IMG/VR virus record: IMGVR_UViG_2548876861_000008
Length of the DNA: 32,052 nt
Reading direction: 5' to 3' (one strand)
DNA from: a virus
Taxonomy: Duplodnaviria; Heunggongvirae; Uroviricota; Caudoviricetes
Position 1 is the first letter of the stretch; each line of letters begins with the position of its first letter. The translations under genes were made by a program, and so were the position numbers. This document shows positions 1 through 9,068 of the stretch, one piece after another. The notes beneath the pieces were generated by a model. It worked only from the letters and a program-made list of their open reading frames with translations, had not been told where the DNA came from and did not search any database.

Positions 1-1011
1 TTATAACGTCACTCCGCCTTTTAGTGGATTCAGAGCGACGGCATTTTGCAGATAGTCAGGCGCAAGGTGCGCATAGGCCATCGTCTGCTGAATGCTCGCA
101 TGTCCCAGAATCTGTTGCAGTGCGATTATATTGCCCCCATTCATCATGAAATGGCTTGCGAATGTATGCCGCAGGATGTGGGTTGCCTGATTGGGTGGTA
201 TATCAGGTTTCACTCTGCGTAAAATCCCGCAAAATTTCTCATAATCAACTTTGAATAATTTGGCGCTGGCCTCCTCTTTAACTTTTTTCTCCAGTTCCTC
301 AGAAATCGGCACGGTTCGCTTTTTACCGTTTTTGGTTTTCAGGAAGGTAACCCTGCAATTTGTAATCTGTGCTGGTTTTAGCGTGGCAACTTCCGTCCAT
401 CTTCCTCCAGTGCTCAGACATAAAAGCGCGACAAGTAAGTCATCACCAGCCAAAACATTTAACAGTTTTTCGATTTCTGCTTTTTCCAGGAACGTCATTT
501 CAGGGTTGGCCTCCGCCAGTGGCGGCAGTCCGTGAATTGGGTGTTGCCCGGAAAATTCATCCAATTGAATTAATTTTGTGAACATGCCGGATAATCGGTA
601 CATGTCACGGTTTATCGTTGCGGCACTGATACCATCACGTAGTCGCATGGAACGATAATCCATCAAAGCCCTTTTGCTCATCCTGCTCACTGGTATATCA
701 CCTATGCCGCTGATGGTTTTGAGTAGATGATTAAACTCTTTTGTTCCATGCTCGTGGTTTTGCCCGTGATATTTCCACCAGATGTCCAGCAACTCACTCA
801 AAGTCCGGCGGTCTGCTCGCTGGCCTCCCCATTCTTTCTGACTGGCATTGGCGATTGTGTATCGCTCAAATGCTAGTGCTTCAGCTTTTCTTTCGAATTT
901 CCTGCGGATGCGTTTTCCGTCGCGACCGCGAGGTCTAATGTCCACTTCATAGCGACCATCATCGAGCTTCTTAATTGCCATAAGAAAGCCCTCCGGCGCT
1001 GTATTCACCAT
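1..1011 (-). CDS. int: P2-family tyrosine integrase; window begins at its stop codon
   Basis: 336-aa ORF; C-terminal catalytic region (HILRHTFASH ... MAYAHL) typical of tyrosine recombinases; sits at prophage end next to the C repressor as in P2. Confidence 0.9.
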   Translation of the reverse strand: MVNTAPEGFLMAIKKLDDGRYEVDIRPRGRDGKRIRRKFERKAEALAFERYTIANASQKEWGGQRADRRTLSELLDIWWKYHGQNHEHGTKEFNHLLKTISGIGDIPVSRMSKRALMDYRSMRLRDGISAATINRDMYRLSGMFTKLIQLDEFSGQHPIHGLPPLAEANPEMTFLEKAEIEKLLNVLAGDDLLVALLCLSTGGRWTEVATLKPAQITNCRVTFLKTKNGKKRTVPISEELEKKVKEEASAKLFKVDYEKFCGILRRVKPDIPPNQATHILRHTFASHFMMNGGNIIALQQILGHASIQQTMAYAHLAPDYLQNAVALNPLKGGVTL

Positions 1012-1050
1012 CTTGGTAGCAAATGGTGAAAATGTAATCTTTATATAGAG

Positions 1051-1344
1051 TTAGCCAATCCTTTTCGCGGAGTGGTTGGACTCTGTTGACTCTGGCCCAA
1101 TGTGCGCGAGAGCCGGTGCGATTTGTCCTGCGTCCGGCGCGGTTTTATCTGTCATAAGCCATAGAGCATATTTTTGGAATGTGGGATGCATAGTGATTTT
1201 TAGCAAAGCTGTGCCACCGGGTTCAAAGTTTCCTCCTTCATATTTTTTAAGTGTGCTTAGCGGTAACTCTATGATTTCACAGAATTTTGATTGGCTTAGC
1301 CCTTCAGCCTCACGCAAGGCCTTAATCTTTTCGCTTAATTTCAT
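1051..1344 (-). CDS. C: P2 C-type immunity repressor (HTH)
   Basis: 97-aa ORF with N-terminal HTH-like segment (LSQSKFCEIIELPLSTLKKYE) and C-terminal QIAPALAH motif recalled from P2 C; divergent from cox. Confidence 0.8.
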   Translation of the reverse strand: MKLSEKIKALREAEGLSQSKFCEIIELPLSTLKKYEGGNFEPGGTALLKITMHPTFQKYALWLMTDKTAPDAGQIAPALAHIGPESTESNHSAKRIG

Positions 1345-1385
1345 TTGACATGGTGCCTATATAGGGACTAAATTCCCTCAAAACT

Positions 1386-1403
1386 GGAACCTATATAGGT
1401 TCC
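1386..1403. promoter_or_regulatory. Perfect 18-bp palindrome (ggaacctatataggttcc) in the C/cox intergenic switch region; candidate operator. Its 10-mer core cctatatagg also occurs at 1356..1365
   Basis: Read directly from sequence; location between divergent repressor and cox genes; TTGACA hexamer at 1345..1350. Confidence 0.4.
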
Positions 1404-1465
1404 ATTGATTTGAGAATAAACCAGCGTCTAAACGGTTTTGAGTGGTTTAGAAAGGGCTGGATCCT

Positions 1466-1753
1466 ATGAGGGTACCATATATGGACGCTGAAAATTATGT
1501 GATTCAGTATCCGCTTGATGCGGTTCATGTGGATAAATTTGCTGATTTATTAGGGAAGCCAAAGACAGCCGTCAGTGAAATGGTGAAGGCAAATAAATTA
1601 CCAATTATTGAATTGCGTGATCCTTGCAAACCGAAGGCTCGTGCCGGTGAAAAATGGGTTTTCATTCCTGAGTTTAATCGCGCTGTACGTGAGGCGTTTT
1701 ATAACCGACCGGTTGAACAGCGTGATGCATGGCTTTTGTGGATGGGGTTGTGA
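1466..1753 (+). CDS. cox: Cox-like excisionase / transcriptional switch protein
   Basis: 95-aa ORF ending RDAWLLWMGL, resembling the recalled P2 Cox C-terminus; first gene of rightward early operon. Confidence 0.75.
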   Translation: MRVPYMDAENYVIQYPLDAVHVDKFADLLGKPKTAVSEMVKANKLPIIELRDPCKPKARAGEKWVFIPEFNRAVREAFYNRPVEQRDAWLLWMGL

Positions 1754-1755
1754 TT

Positions 1756-1926
1756 ATGAATGAGCCGCGTTGTATTGCTCAGTTATTGCGTAACGAAAGC
1801 CCCAGGGCGATTGACTTCACCATCACCCACGGGAAGGGACGCAAGGGAATCATTATCCGCACCAAAAAACAGAGTCCGTTAAAAAAGGCTCTGACCTTTC
1901 TGAAAAGCCGGAGGGGCTGGAAATGA
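1756..1926 (+). CDS. small early hypothetical protein (P2 orf78 position)
   Basis: ATG at 1756 overlaps cox stop (tgATTATGa); stop overlaps start of next gene; position conserved in P2 early operon. Confidence 0.45.
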   Translation: MNEPRCIAQLLRNESPRAIDFTITHGKGRKGIIIRTKKQSPLKKALTFLKSRRGWK

Positions 1927-2423
1927 CAGTGATGACGCTCAATCTCGTTGAAAAACAGCCAGCAGCTATGCGCCGGATAATTGGCAAGCATCTTGCCGTC
2001 CCTCGCTGGCAGGATACATGTGATTATTATAATCAGATGATGGAACGCGAACGGCTAACGGTTTGCTTCCATGCGCAGTTAAAACAGCGTCACGCAACGA
2101 TGCGTTTTGAAGAAATGAACGACGTCGAACGTGAACGGCTGGTTTGTGCAATTGATGAATTGCGTGGGGCATTCTCAAAACGCCGTCAGGTTGGCGCAAG
2201 TGAGTATGCATATATTAGTTTTTTAACAGTCAGTCAGCGTCGTACTTTATTTATGCATGCCGGATTGACTGAAAAAGAATTCAACCAGCCATACTGGCGA
2301 ATTAATGAAGAATCATGTTACTGGCGTGATGCTTTATTCCGTGCATTACGTGAATTATTCAGCCTGTTTGAGTATGCACCGACAATTCTGACGTCGGTAA
2401 AACCAGAGCAATATCTGCATTAA
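1923..2423 (+). CDS. B: replication protein B (helicase-loader-like)
   Basis: 166-aa ORF, same length and operon position as P2 gpB. Confidence 0.7.
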   Translation: MTVMTLNLVEKQPAAMRRIIGKHLAVPRWQDTCDYYNQMMERERLTVCFHAQLKQRHATMRFEEMNDVERERLVCAIDELRGAFSKRRQVGASEYAYISFLTVSQRRTLFMHAGLTEKEFNQPYWRINEESCYWRDALFRALRELFSLFEYAPTILTSVKPEQYLH

Positions 2424-2486
2424 GTAATTAACCAGAGTTTTTAACGCACTTAATCGTGCGGGGCTTCTTTTTGCCTGGAGAAAGTC

Positions 2487-2711
2487 ATGCATACAGTTTC
2501 TGAAAATCAGTGCGGTAAATACGCATTACTGCTGCAACAGGCCAGAACCGAAGCACAGGCCGACGCTGCGACGCGCTTTTCTTCTCATCTTGACGCCATG
2601 ATTCGCCACATCACAAAGGCGGAGTTATCCCGCGTGGAGATAGTCGAGCTGCTCAGTCAGGAGTCGGAAAAATTTCACAATATCGGATTGTCTCGTGGGG
2701 AGGTGCTTTGA
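2487..2711 (+). CDS. early hypothetical protein (P2 orf80 position)
   Basis: 74-aa ORF in early operon, stop overlaps next start. Confidence 0.45.
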   Translation: MHTVSENQCGKYALLLQQARTEAQADAATRFSSHLDAMIRHITKAELSRVEIVELLSQESEKFHNIGLSRGEVL

Positions 2712-3013
2712 TGTCCTGTTCTCATTCAGTTGTATTACTGAATAACGCCTTAAAAATCGCCGTTATGAAAAATGGCGATTTATCTCTTATTCAACTTGGT
2801 CTTGATAAAGAAAAACGCGAAATAACTGAGTCTGTTATCGCGATTTATCAGAACGAATTAAATCTCCTGTCTGATGTGGTCAATTTACTTGTTAAACGCG
2901 CTGTATTTCACAAGAAAATCTCCTCCGTGGATGAACTGACAAAATTAACGACAGAAATTGCCAGCTATTGCGCTGATGAATTTAAAAAACTTAACGACAA
3001 AAGGAGCTGGTAA
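2708..3013 (+). CDS. early hypothetical protein (P2 orf81 position)
   Basis: 101-aa ORF, translationally coupled to neighbours. Confidence 0.45.
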   Translation: MMSCSHSVVLLNNALKIAVMKNGDLSLIQLGLDKEKREITESVIAIYQNELNLLSDVVNLLVKRAVFHKKISSVDELTKLTTEIASYCADEFKKLNDKRSW

Positions 3014-3237
3014 TGCCGGACAACGTAGATTTTATTCAGGAACAACAGGCTGAATTACTGGAGCGCCAGATTAACGCGGCAAGGGTAAAACATTACGGTG
3101 CTTCTGCGCTGGTTTGCGAAGAGTGTGACGCGCCAATACCTGCTGCACGTCGTGCGGCTTATCCGTCAGCCACGCGTTGTGTTTCCTGTCAGTCAGTCTT
3201 TGAAGCAAAAAACAAACATTACCGGAGAACGGCATGA
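3013..3237 (+). CDS. TraR/DksA-family C4 zinc-finger protein (P2 orf82 position)
   Basis: 74-aa ORF with CxxC...CxxC (CEECDAPIP...RCVSCQ) arrangement. Confidence 0.6.
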   Translation: MPDNVDFIQEQQAELLERQINAARVKHYGASALVCEECDAPIPAARRAAYPSATRCVSCQSVFEAKNKHYRRTA

Positions 3238-3509
3238 GTATTCGTATTGAAATTGGCGAACATTATGTCGTTACCAGTGACAGCTTTCAGTTTATTCTCC
3301 ACGAGAAAAAGAGAGCTGAAAGCGGTAAAAACGCCGGTCAGGAATGGCTGTCGGTGGTTGGTTATTACCCGAAATTAAGCCAGCTCGTTTCCGGCCTGAT
3401 GCATCACGATATTCTGACCGGAAGCGCAAAGTCTTTTGCTGATTTAAACGCGCAGGTTGAGCAACTCAGCAAGCGTTGTTCAGAGGCTTTTGGCTCATAT
3501 GGCCGTTAA
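3234..3509 (+). CDS. early hypothetical protein (P2 orf83 position)
   Basis: 91-aa ORF immediately upstream of gpA. Confidence 0.45.
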   Translation: MSIRIEIGEHYVVTSDSFQFILHEKKRAESGKNAGQEWLSVVGYYPKLSQLVSGLMHHDILTGSAKSFADLNAQVEQLSKRCSEAFGSYGR

Positions 3510-5775
3510 AGCCTCCGGGCGTTTTGTCCCTCCGTCAGCATTTGCCGCAGGCACCGGTAAGACGTTTACCGGTGCTTATGCATGGAACGCGCCACGCGAG
3601 GCCGTCGGGCGCGAAAGACCCCTTACACGTGACGAGATGCGTCAGGTGCAAGGTGTTTTATCCACGATTAACCGCCTGCCTTACTTTTTGCGCTCTCTGT
3701 TTACTTCACGCTATGACTACATCCGGCGCAATAAAAGCCCGGTGCACGGGTTTTATTTCCTCACATCCACTTTTCAGCGTCGTTTATGGCCGCGCATTGA
3801 GCGTGTGAATCAGCGCCATGAAATGAACACCGACGCGTCGTTACTGTTTCTGGCAGAGCGTGACCACTATGCGCGCCTGCCGGGAATGAATGACAAGGAG
3901 CTGAAAAAGTTTGCTGCCCGTATCTCATCGCAGCTTTTCATGATGTATGGGGAACTCAGCGATGCCTGGGTGGATGCGCATGGCGAAAAAGAATCGCTGT
4001 TTACGGATGAGGCGCAGGCTCACCTGTATGGTCATGTTGCTGGCGCTGCACGTGCTTTCAATATTTCCCCGCTCTACTGGAAAAAATACCGTAAAGGGCA
4101 GATGACCACGAGGCAGGCATATTCTGCCATTGCCCGTCTGTTTAACGATGAGTGGTGGACTCATCAGCTTAAAGGCCAGCGTATGCGCTGGCATGAGGCG
4201 TTACTGATTGCTGTCGGGGAGGTCAATAAAGACCGTTCTCCTTATGCCAGTAAACATGCCATTCGTGATGTGCGTGCACGCCGCCAGGCAAATCTGGAAT
4301 TTCTTAAATCGTGTGACCTCGAAAACAGGGAAACCGGCGAGCGCATCGACCTTATCAGTAAGGTGATGGGCAGTATTTCTAATCCTGAAATTCGCCGGAT
4401 GGAGCTGATGAACACCATCGCCGGTATTGAGCGTTACGCCGCCGCAGAGGGTGATGTGGGGATGTTTATCACGCTGACCACGCCGTCAAAGTATCACCCG
4501 ACACGTCAGGTCGGAAAAGGAGAAAGTAAAACCGTCCAGCTTAATCACGGCTGGAACGATGAGGCATTTAATCCAAAGGATGCGCAGCGTTATCTCTGCC
4601 GTATCTGGAGCCTGATGCGCACGGCATTCAAGGATAATGATTTACAGGTCTACGGTTTGCGAGTCGTCGAGCCACACCACGACGGAACGCCGCACTGGCA
4701 TATGATGCTTTTTTGTAATCCACGCCAGCGTAACCAGATTATTGAAATCATGCGTCGCTACGCGCTCAAAGAGGATGGCGACGAAAGAGGAGCTGCGCGA
4801 AACCGTTTTCAGGCAAAACACCTTAACCGGGGCGGTGCTGCGGGATATATCGCGAAATACATTTCAAAAAACATCGACGGCTATGCACTGGATGGTCAGC
4901 TCGATAACGATACCGGCAGGCCGCTGAAAGACACTGCCGCGGCTGTTACCGCATGGGCGTCAACGTGGCGCATTCCGCAATTTAAAACTGTTGGCCTGCC
5001 GACAATGGGGGCTTACCGTGAACTACGCAAATTACCTCGCGGCGTCAGCATTGCTGATGAGTTTGACGAACGCGTCGAGGCTGCACGCGCTGCCGCAGAC
5101 AGTGGCGATTTTGCGCTGTATATCAGCGCGCAGGGTGGGGCAAATGTCCCGCGCGATTGTCAGACTGTCAGGGTCGCCCGTAGTCCGTCGGATGAAGTTA
5201 ACGAGTACGAGGAAGAAGTCGAGAGAGTGGTCGGCATTTACGCGCCGCATCTCGGCGCGCGTCATATTCATATCACCAGAACGACGGACTGGCGCATTGT
5301 TCCGAAAGTGCCGGTCGTTGAGCCTTTGACTGTAAAAAGCGGCATCGCCGCGCCTCGGAGTCCTGTCAATAACTGTGGAAAGCTCACCGGTGGTGATACT
5401 TCGTTACCGGCTCCCACACCTTCTGAGCACGCCGCAGCAGTGCTTAATCTGGTTGATGACGGTGTTATCGAATGGAATGACCCGGAGGTCGTGAGGGCGC
5501 TCAGGGGCGCATTAAAACACGGACTGAGAACACCAAATCGTCAGCAAAGAGCCGGAAGCCCGTTAAAACCGCATGAAATAGCGCCATCGGCCAGAATGAC
5601 CCGGTCGGAACGAATGCAAATTACCCGTATCCGCGTTGACCTTGCTCAGAACGGTATCAGACCGCAGCGATGGGAGCTTGAGGCGCTGGCGCGTGGCGCG
5701 ACCGTAAATTATGACGGGAAAAAATTCACGTATCCGGTCGCTAATGAGTGGTCGGTTTTTTCAGTTAAACAATAA
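3499..5775 (+). CDS. A: rolling-circle replication initiator gpA (nickase)
   Basis: Long ORF; HWHMMLF motif and AAGYIAKYISKN tyrosine region typical of the phage A / phiX174-A initiator superfamily; start at 3499 (MAVKASG) gives about 758 aa, close to recalled P2 A; upstream in-frame ATG at 3457 is also possible. Confidence 0.85.
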   Translation: MAVKASGRFVPPSAFAAGTGKTFTGAYAWNAPREAVGRERPLTRDEMRQVQGVLSTINRLPYFLRSLFTSRYDYIRRNKSPVHGFYFLTSTFQRRLWPRIERVNQRHEMNTDASLLFLAERDHYARLPGMNDKELKKFAARISSQLFMMYGELSDAWVDAHGEKESLFTDEAQAHLYGHVAGAARAFNISPLYWKKYRKGQMTTRQAYSAIARLFNDEWWTHQLKGQRMRWHEALLIAVGEVNKDRSPYASKHAIRDVRARRQANLEFLKSCDLENRETGERIDLISKVMGSISNPEIRRMELMNTIAGIERYAAAEGDVGMFITLTTPSKYHPTRQVGKGESKTVQLNHGWNDEAFNPKDAQRYLCRIWSLMRTAFKDNDLQVYGLRVVEPHHDGTPHWHMMLFCNPRQRNQIIEIMRRYALKEDGDERGAARNRFQAKHLNRGGAAGYIAKYISKNIDGYALDGQLDNDTGRPLKDTAAAVTAWASTWRIPQFKTVGLPTMGAYRELRKLPRGVSIADEFDERVEAARAAADSGDFALYISAQGGANVPRDCQTVRVARSPSDEVNEYEEEVERVVGIYAPHLGARHIHITRTTDWRIVPKVPVVEPLTVKSGIAAPRSPVNNCGKLTGGDTSLPAPTPSEHAAAVLNLVDDGVIEWNDPEVVRALRGALKHGLRTPNRQQRAGSPLKPHEIAPSARMTRSERMQITRIRVDLAQNGIRPQRWELEALARGATVNYDGKKFTYPVANEWSVFSVKQ

Positions 5776-5945
5776 TGACTACTACTGCAGTGTTGTGGGA
5801 ATGTTATAGTGTTTGTGGAATTTTTCTATGAAAAACAATGAATTAATCTGTTTTTCATATTGAGCTAATTTTTTATGGCCACAGTTGTTAAAAAGTGAGA
5901 ACATAATCTTGTTCAAAACCTGCTTCTATATACGGAGGCTTTCGC

Positions 5946-5951
5946 TATAAT
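5946..5951 (+). promoter_or_regulatory. TATAAT -10-like hexamer upstream of the methyltransferase gene; strong Shine-Dalgarno AGGAGG at 5965..5970
   Basis: Read from sequence; no convincing -35 found. Confidence 0.3.
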
Positions 5952-5976
5952 ACGCGGTCGGTTTTAGGAGGGGATA

Positions 5977-6921
5977 ATGCCAACAGTAGTTTCACTTTTT
6001 TCTGGATGCGGTGGTTCCGATGCGGGGGTTTTGAGAGCCGGCTTTGATGTGCTTATGGCCAACGATATCTTGCCGTATGCGCGCGATGTTTATATTGCCA
6101 ATCATCCAGAAACTGATTACATATTAGGCAATATTGCTGATGTAACTACTTTTCCTAAATCTGATTTGCTGGTAGGTTGTTATCCATGTCAGGGATTCAG
6201 CCAGGGTGGTGCGCGTAAAGCCGATCGAAAAATTAATACTCTTTATTTAGAGTTTGCTAGAGCTTTAAACAATATAAAGCCTAAAGCTTTTATAGTAGAA
6301 AACGTGTCTGGTATGGTTAGAAAAAATTTTGAGCATTTGTTATCTGACCAGATCAGGGTTTTTACTGAAGCAGGTTATACTGTTTCCGCAAAAGTTTTAA
6401 ATGCGGCTGAATATGGAGTAGCGCAGGAAAGAAAAAGAATATTTATCGTAGGAATCCGTAATGATTTCAAAGTTAAGTACGAGTTCCCTCAGCCAACTCA
6501 TGGGCCAGCAACTGGCGTCAACTATGTTACTATTAAAGATGCTATAGGGCATTTACCTGAATGGCCAGAAGGTGAATTTTATGATATGGGATTCCATTGG
6601 TATTATATGTCTCGCAATCGTCGCCAGGATTGGGATCAAATTTCAAAGACAATAGTTGCTAATGCAAGGCATATGCCGTTGCATCCTGTCAGTCCTCCGA
6701 TGGAGAAAGTAAGAACTGATGAATGGAGATTTGTTGAGGATCGGAGAGCTCGCAGATTCAGTTTTCGAGAGGCAGCACTATTACAAGGGTTTGAGGATCT
6801 AGTGTTTCCAGAAACAAATGCTGCAAGTCTTGGCATGAAATACACGGTGGTTGGTAATGCAGTGCCTCCGCCGCTTTTTGAAGCTGTAACGAAGGCATTG
6901 CCAATAGAATTATGGGATTGA
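5977..6921 (+). CDS. DNA (cytosine-5)-methyltransferase (Dcm-like C5-MTase)
   Basis: 314 aa; motif I FSGCGG, motif IV PCQGFS, motif VI ENV (FIVENVSGM), QERKR, C-terminal GNAVPPP motif X. Confidence 0.85.
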   Translation: MPTVVSLFSGCGGSDAGVLRAGFDVLMANDILPYARDVYIANHPETDYILGNIADVTTFPKSDLLVGCYPCQGFSQGGARKADRKINTLYLEFARALNNIKPKAFIVENVSGMVRKNFEHLLSDQIRVFTEAGYTVSAKVLNAAEYGVAQERKRIFIVGIRNDFKVKYEFPQPTHGPATGVNYVTIKDAIGHLPEWPEGEFYDMGFHWYYMSRNRRQDWDQISKTIVANARHMPLHPVSPPMEKVRTDEWRFVEDRRARRFSFREAALLQGFEDLVFPETNAASLGMKYTVVGNAVPPPLFEAVTKALPIELWD

Positions 6922-6928
6922 TAAGCTA

Positions 6929-7924
6929 TTAAGGCTCTGGATTTAATGTATAAAGCTCTTCCTCAAATTCGCGAAACCAATCAGAGGTAGTTATCGCTTC
7001 CCATTGGTTTGCCTTATCAAGTAGATATATGATTCTCAACCTATCTAATAATAATACCCCAGCGGTTGCGTGTGTGCTTACCCATTCGCCATTTGCTTCC
7101 CGATAGAAAACAGGCGTGAACATTGTTGATGGATGCTGGAACGCAATTTGGAAATAGGTGGTCAGTTTTAACACGTTAGCCTCTAATGTTTTGCTTGGCC
7201 ACCCTGTTTCTTGTGCACCACATTGACCAAGAATTCCATAGTTGCTAGTTTGACCATCAGGAAATTCCACTGTAGCAATTAGGTCAAACCCGGCATCACC
7301 AGATGTGGGAGCTCTATTTATTTCCCTTGTGTTTAAACTACAAACTCCAAGATCTTTTCCTAAAGTTTGTAGAGCTGTCCGAAGATTTGTTCCATAATAA
7401 TTTTGCCTATCATCGGAGTTAGCATCAAAAATTCTTACGGTGCCATGTGCAGGTAAGAGAGAAATCATTGCTACTTTACATACTCTGGCAAAGCTCTTTG
7501 CCCAACGTTGTGCTGCTCCTTTAATCGACTTAAAGGATCTAAGTCTAGAGCAGCAAAGAAGAAAAACATATATTCGTTGTTGTTGGTTTAGATTTTCTTT
7601 AATAATTATCTCATCACCTGAAATTATAAATGGATATATTTTGCCAAGAGCACTTTCTCTATATTCGAGTTGTGTCCAAACATCTTCGAGTTGCTCTTCA
7701 AAACGATCATTTCTCTCAGCGTCTCCATTAATTTCTTCTTCAGAATTACATTCTTCATCAATTTCTTCAACGCTTGTTATGCCGAATTTTCTTACTGAAT
7801 CTAAATCATTTTTATGTAGTGAGTTACGTCCGGTATAATTAATTACCGTGAGTAACTCGGCTAAATCTGCAAACAAATGAGGAGAGTTGGGATGCATAAC
7901 TCCTACTTCAAAAGTCATCATCAC
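6929..7924 (-). CDS. hypothetical protein, second gene of cargo operon; function unknown
   Basis: 331-aa ORF on minus strand, 17-bp overlap with upstream gene; AT-rich codon usage unlike the phage backbone; no motif I can assign. Confidence 0.6.
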   Translation of the reverse strand: MMMTFEVGVMHPNSPHLFADLAELLTVINYTGRNSLHKNDLDSVRKFGITSVEEIDEECNSEEEINGDAERNDRFEEQLEDVWTQLEYRESALGKIYPFIISGDEIIIKENLNQQQRIYVFLLCCSRLRSFKSIKGAAQRWAKSFARVCKVAMISLLPAHGTVRIFDANSDDRQNYYGTNLRTALQTLGKDLGVCSLNTREINRAPTSGDAGFDLIATVEFPDGQTSNYGILGQCGAQETGWPSKTLEANVLKLTTYFQIAFQHPSTMFTPVFYREANGEWVSTHATAGVLLLDRLRIIYLLDKANQWEAITTSDWFREFEEELYTLNPEP

Positions 7925-9068
7925 CTCTGCTATTTTTCTCTGCTATTTCAGAACCTATAAGCTTAATATGTTTATTGATTCTTCGTGCTACTTCATGGGC
8001 CTGTCTATCATACTCTACCGTGGCAACCATGCCTGCTGCATCTATCAAAGCTGCTTCAACTTGATAAAGTAACTGGAGAAAGTCCTTAGTAATATCAGAT
8101 GTCAATTGATAGGCAACTGCGAGTGGAGCCCCCATTCGGAATTGCTCCAATGCCTTAGGGCTACTTACAACAGCAGCTAGTTCTCTTAAATTACGTGATT
8201 CTCCTACACGAGTTTTTTTATCCTCGCCTTTTTTATATAACCATTCAGTTAGTTCTTTTATTTCTTTGTTCTTTAAACTCTTAGAATTGATGATAGGATG
8301 ACTTGGTATTGTGTCTCCATCGTCTTCGATTGAAACTCCGACAAACTGGCCTAACCGCTCATCAGCAAGTGCTGTTGATAATACTGAAAATTTAATCGTT
8401 TCTTCATCTAGCTTTTCAATACCATAAAAATCATTTTTTTTAATGATTTCATACACCGCTAAAGCGTCTAGGTTACGCTTGATATGATCCCTACGACTGC
8501 CAATAGCTCTGGCAACCTCATAGTAGCGTAGCATTGGATCCAGATTTGCATTGGTATAATCAAAAAGCTGTTTAATATATCGAGCTTTTGATAAGGGTTC
8601 CCATTGTTTGACACCAGTAATATGTCTGAAACCAAGGTACGGAAGAATCTCTTCTCTTGTTTGGCGCTCAATGACAGGAACACGATCGACCGTATGTTTT
8701 GCATTTGATGCAATTTCTCGTAGTCGAGCACTTGGATTTTCACATAGTGTCGGATCGCGTAATAATTTGACCGCGGATAGGCGACGGTTTCCTTCAACTA
8801 CAATGTACTTCCCCGGCGCTCCACTATCAGGAATGACAATCAATGGTTCTCCAGGGAAAAAACCATTTTCCGCAATAGCACTCATTAGGTCTTCGATAGA
8901 TGTTGAGGTTGCTATGTAGTTAATCATTCCCAATTGGTCACGAGACACGCCTTCAGGAAGTCTTGGGTTTTCTGTGTCAAGTTCCAAATCATCTAGCGGA
9001 ACATAAAGTATTTCTGAATCAGCAATCATCTGGATCTCCGTTGAACATGTCCACGAGAAGGAGCACAA
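7908..9068 (-). CDS. ParB/Srx-fold (ParB N-terminal-like) domain protein, first gene of cargo operon
   Basis: 386-aa ORF; N-terminal region KYIVVEGNRRLSAVKLL resembles the ParB GxxRxxA box; long alpha-helical-looking C-terminal region. Confidence 0.6.
   Translation of the reverse strand: MCSFSWTCSTEIQMIADSEILYVPLDDLELDTENPRLPEGVSRDQLGMINYIATSTSIEDLMSAIAENGFFPGEPLIVIPDSGAPGKYIVVEGNRRLSAVKLLRDPTLCENPSARLREIASNAKHTVDRVPVIERQTREEILPYLGFRHITGVKQWEPLSKARYIKQLFDYTNANLDPMLRYYEVARAIGSRRDHIKRNLDALAVYEIIKKNDFYGIEKLDEETIKFSVLSTALADERLGQFVGVSIEDDGDTIPSHPIINSKSLKNKEIKELTEWLYKKGEDKKTRVGESRNLRELAAVVSSPKALEQFRMGAPLAVAYQLTSDITKDFLQLLYQVEAALIDAAGMVATVEYDRQAHEVARRINKHIKLIGSEIAEKNSRGDDDF

Noticed and set aside
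251-938. Plus-strand ORFs (251..535, 369..581, 741..938) inside the integrase region
   Set aside because: They lie antisense within a well-supported 336-aa integrase ORF, have low-complexity Ser/Leu-rich translations and no start context; typical shadow ORFs
3457-3498. Upstream in-frame ATG giving a 772-aa gpA
   Set aside because: Would create a 53-nt overlap with the preceding gene; the ATG at 3499 gives a length closer to P2 A, though the longer form cannot be excluded from sequence alone
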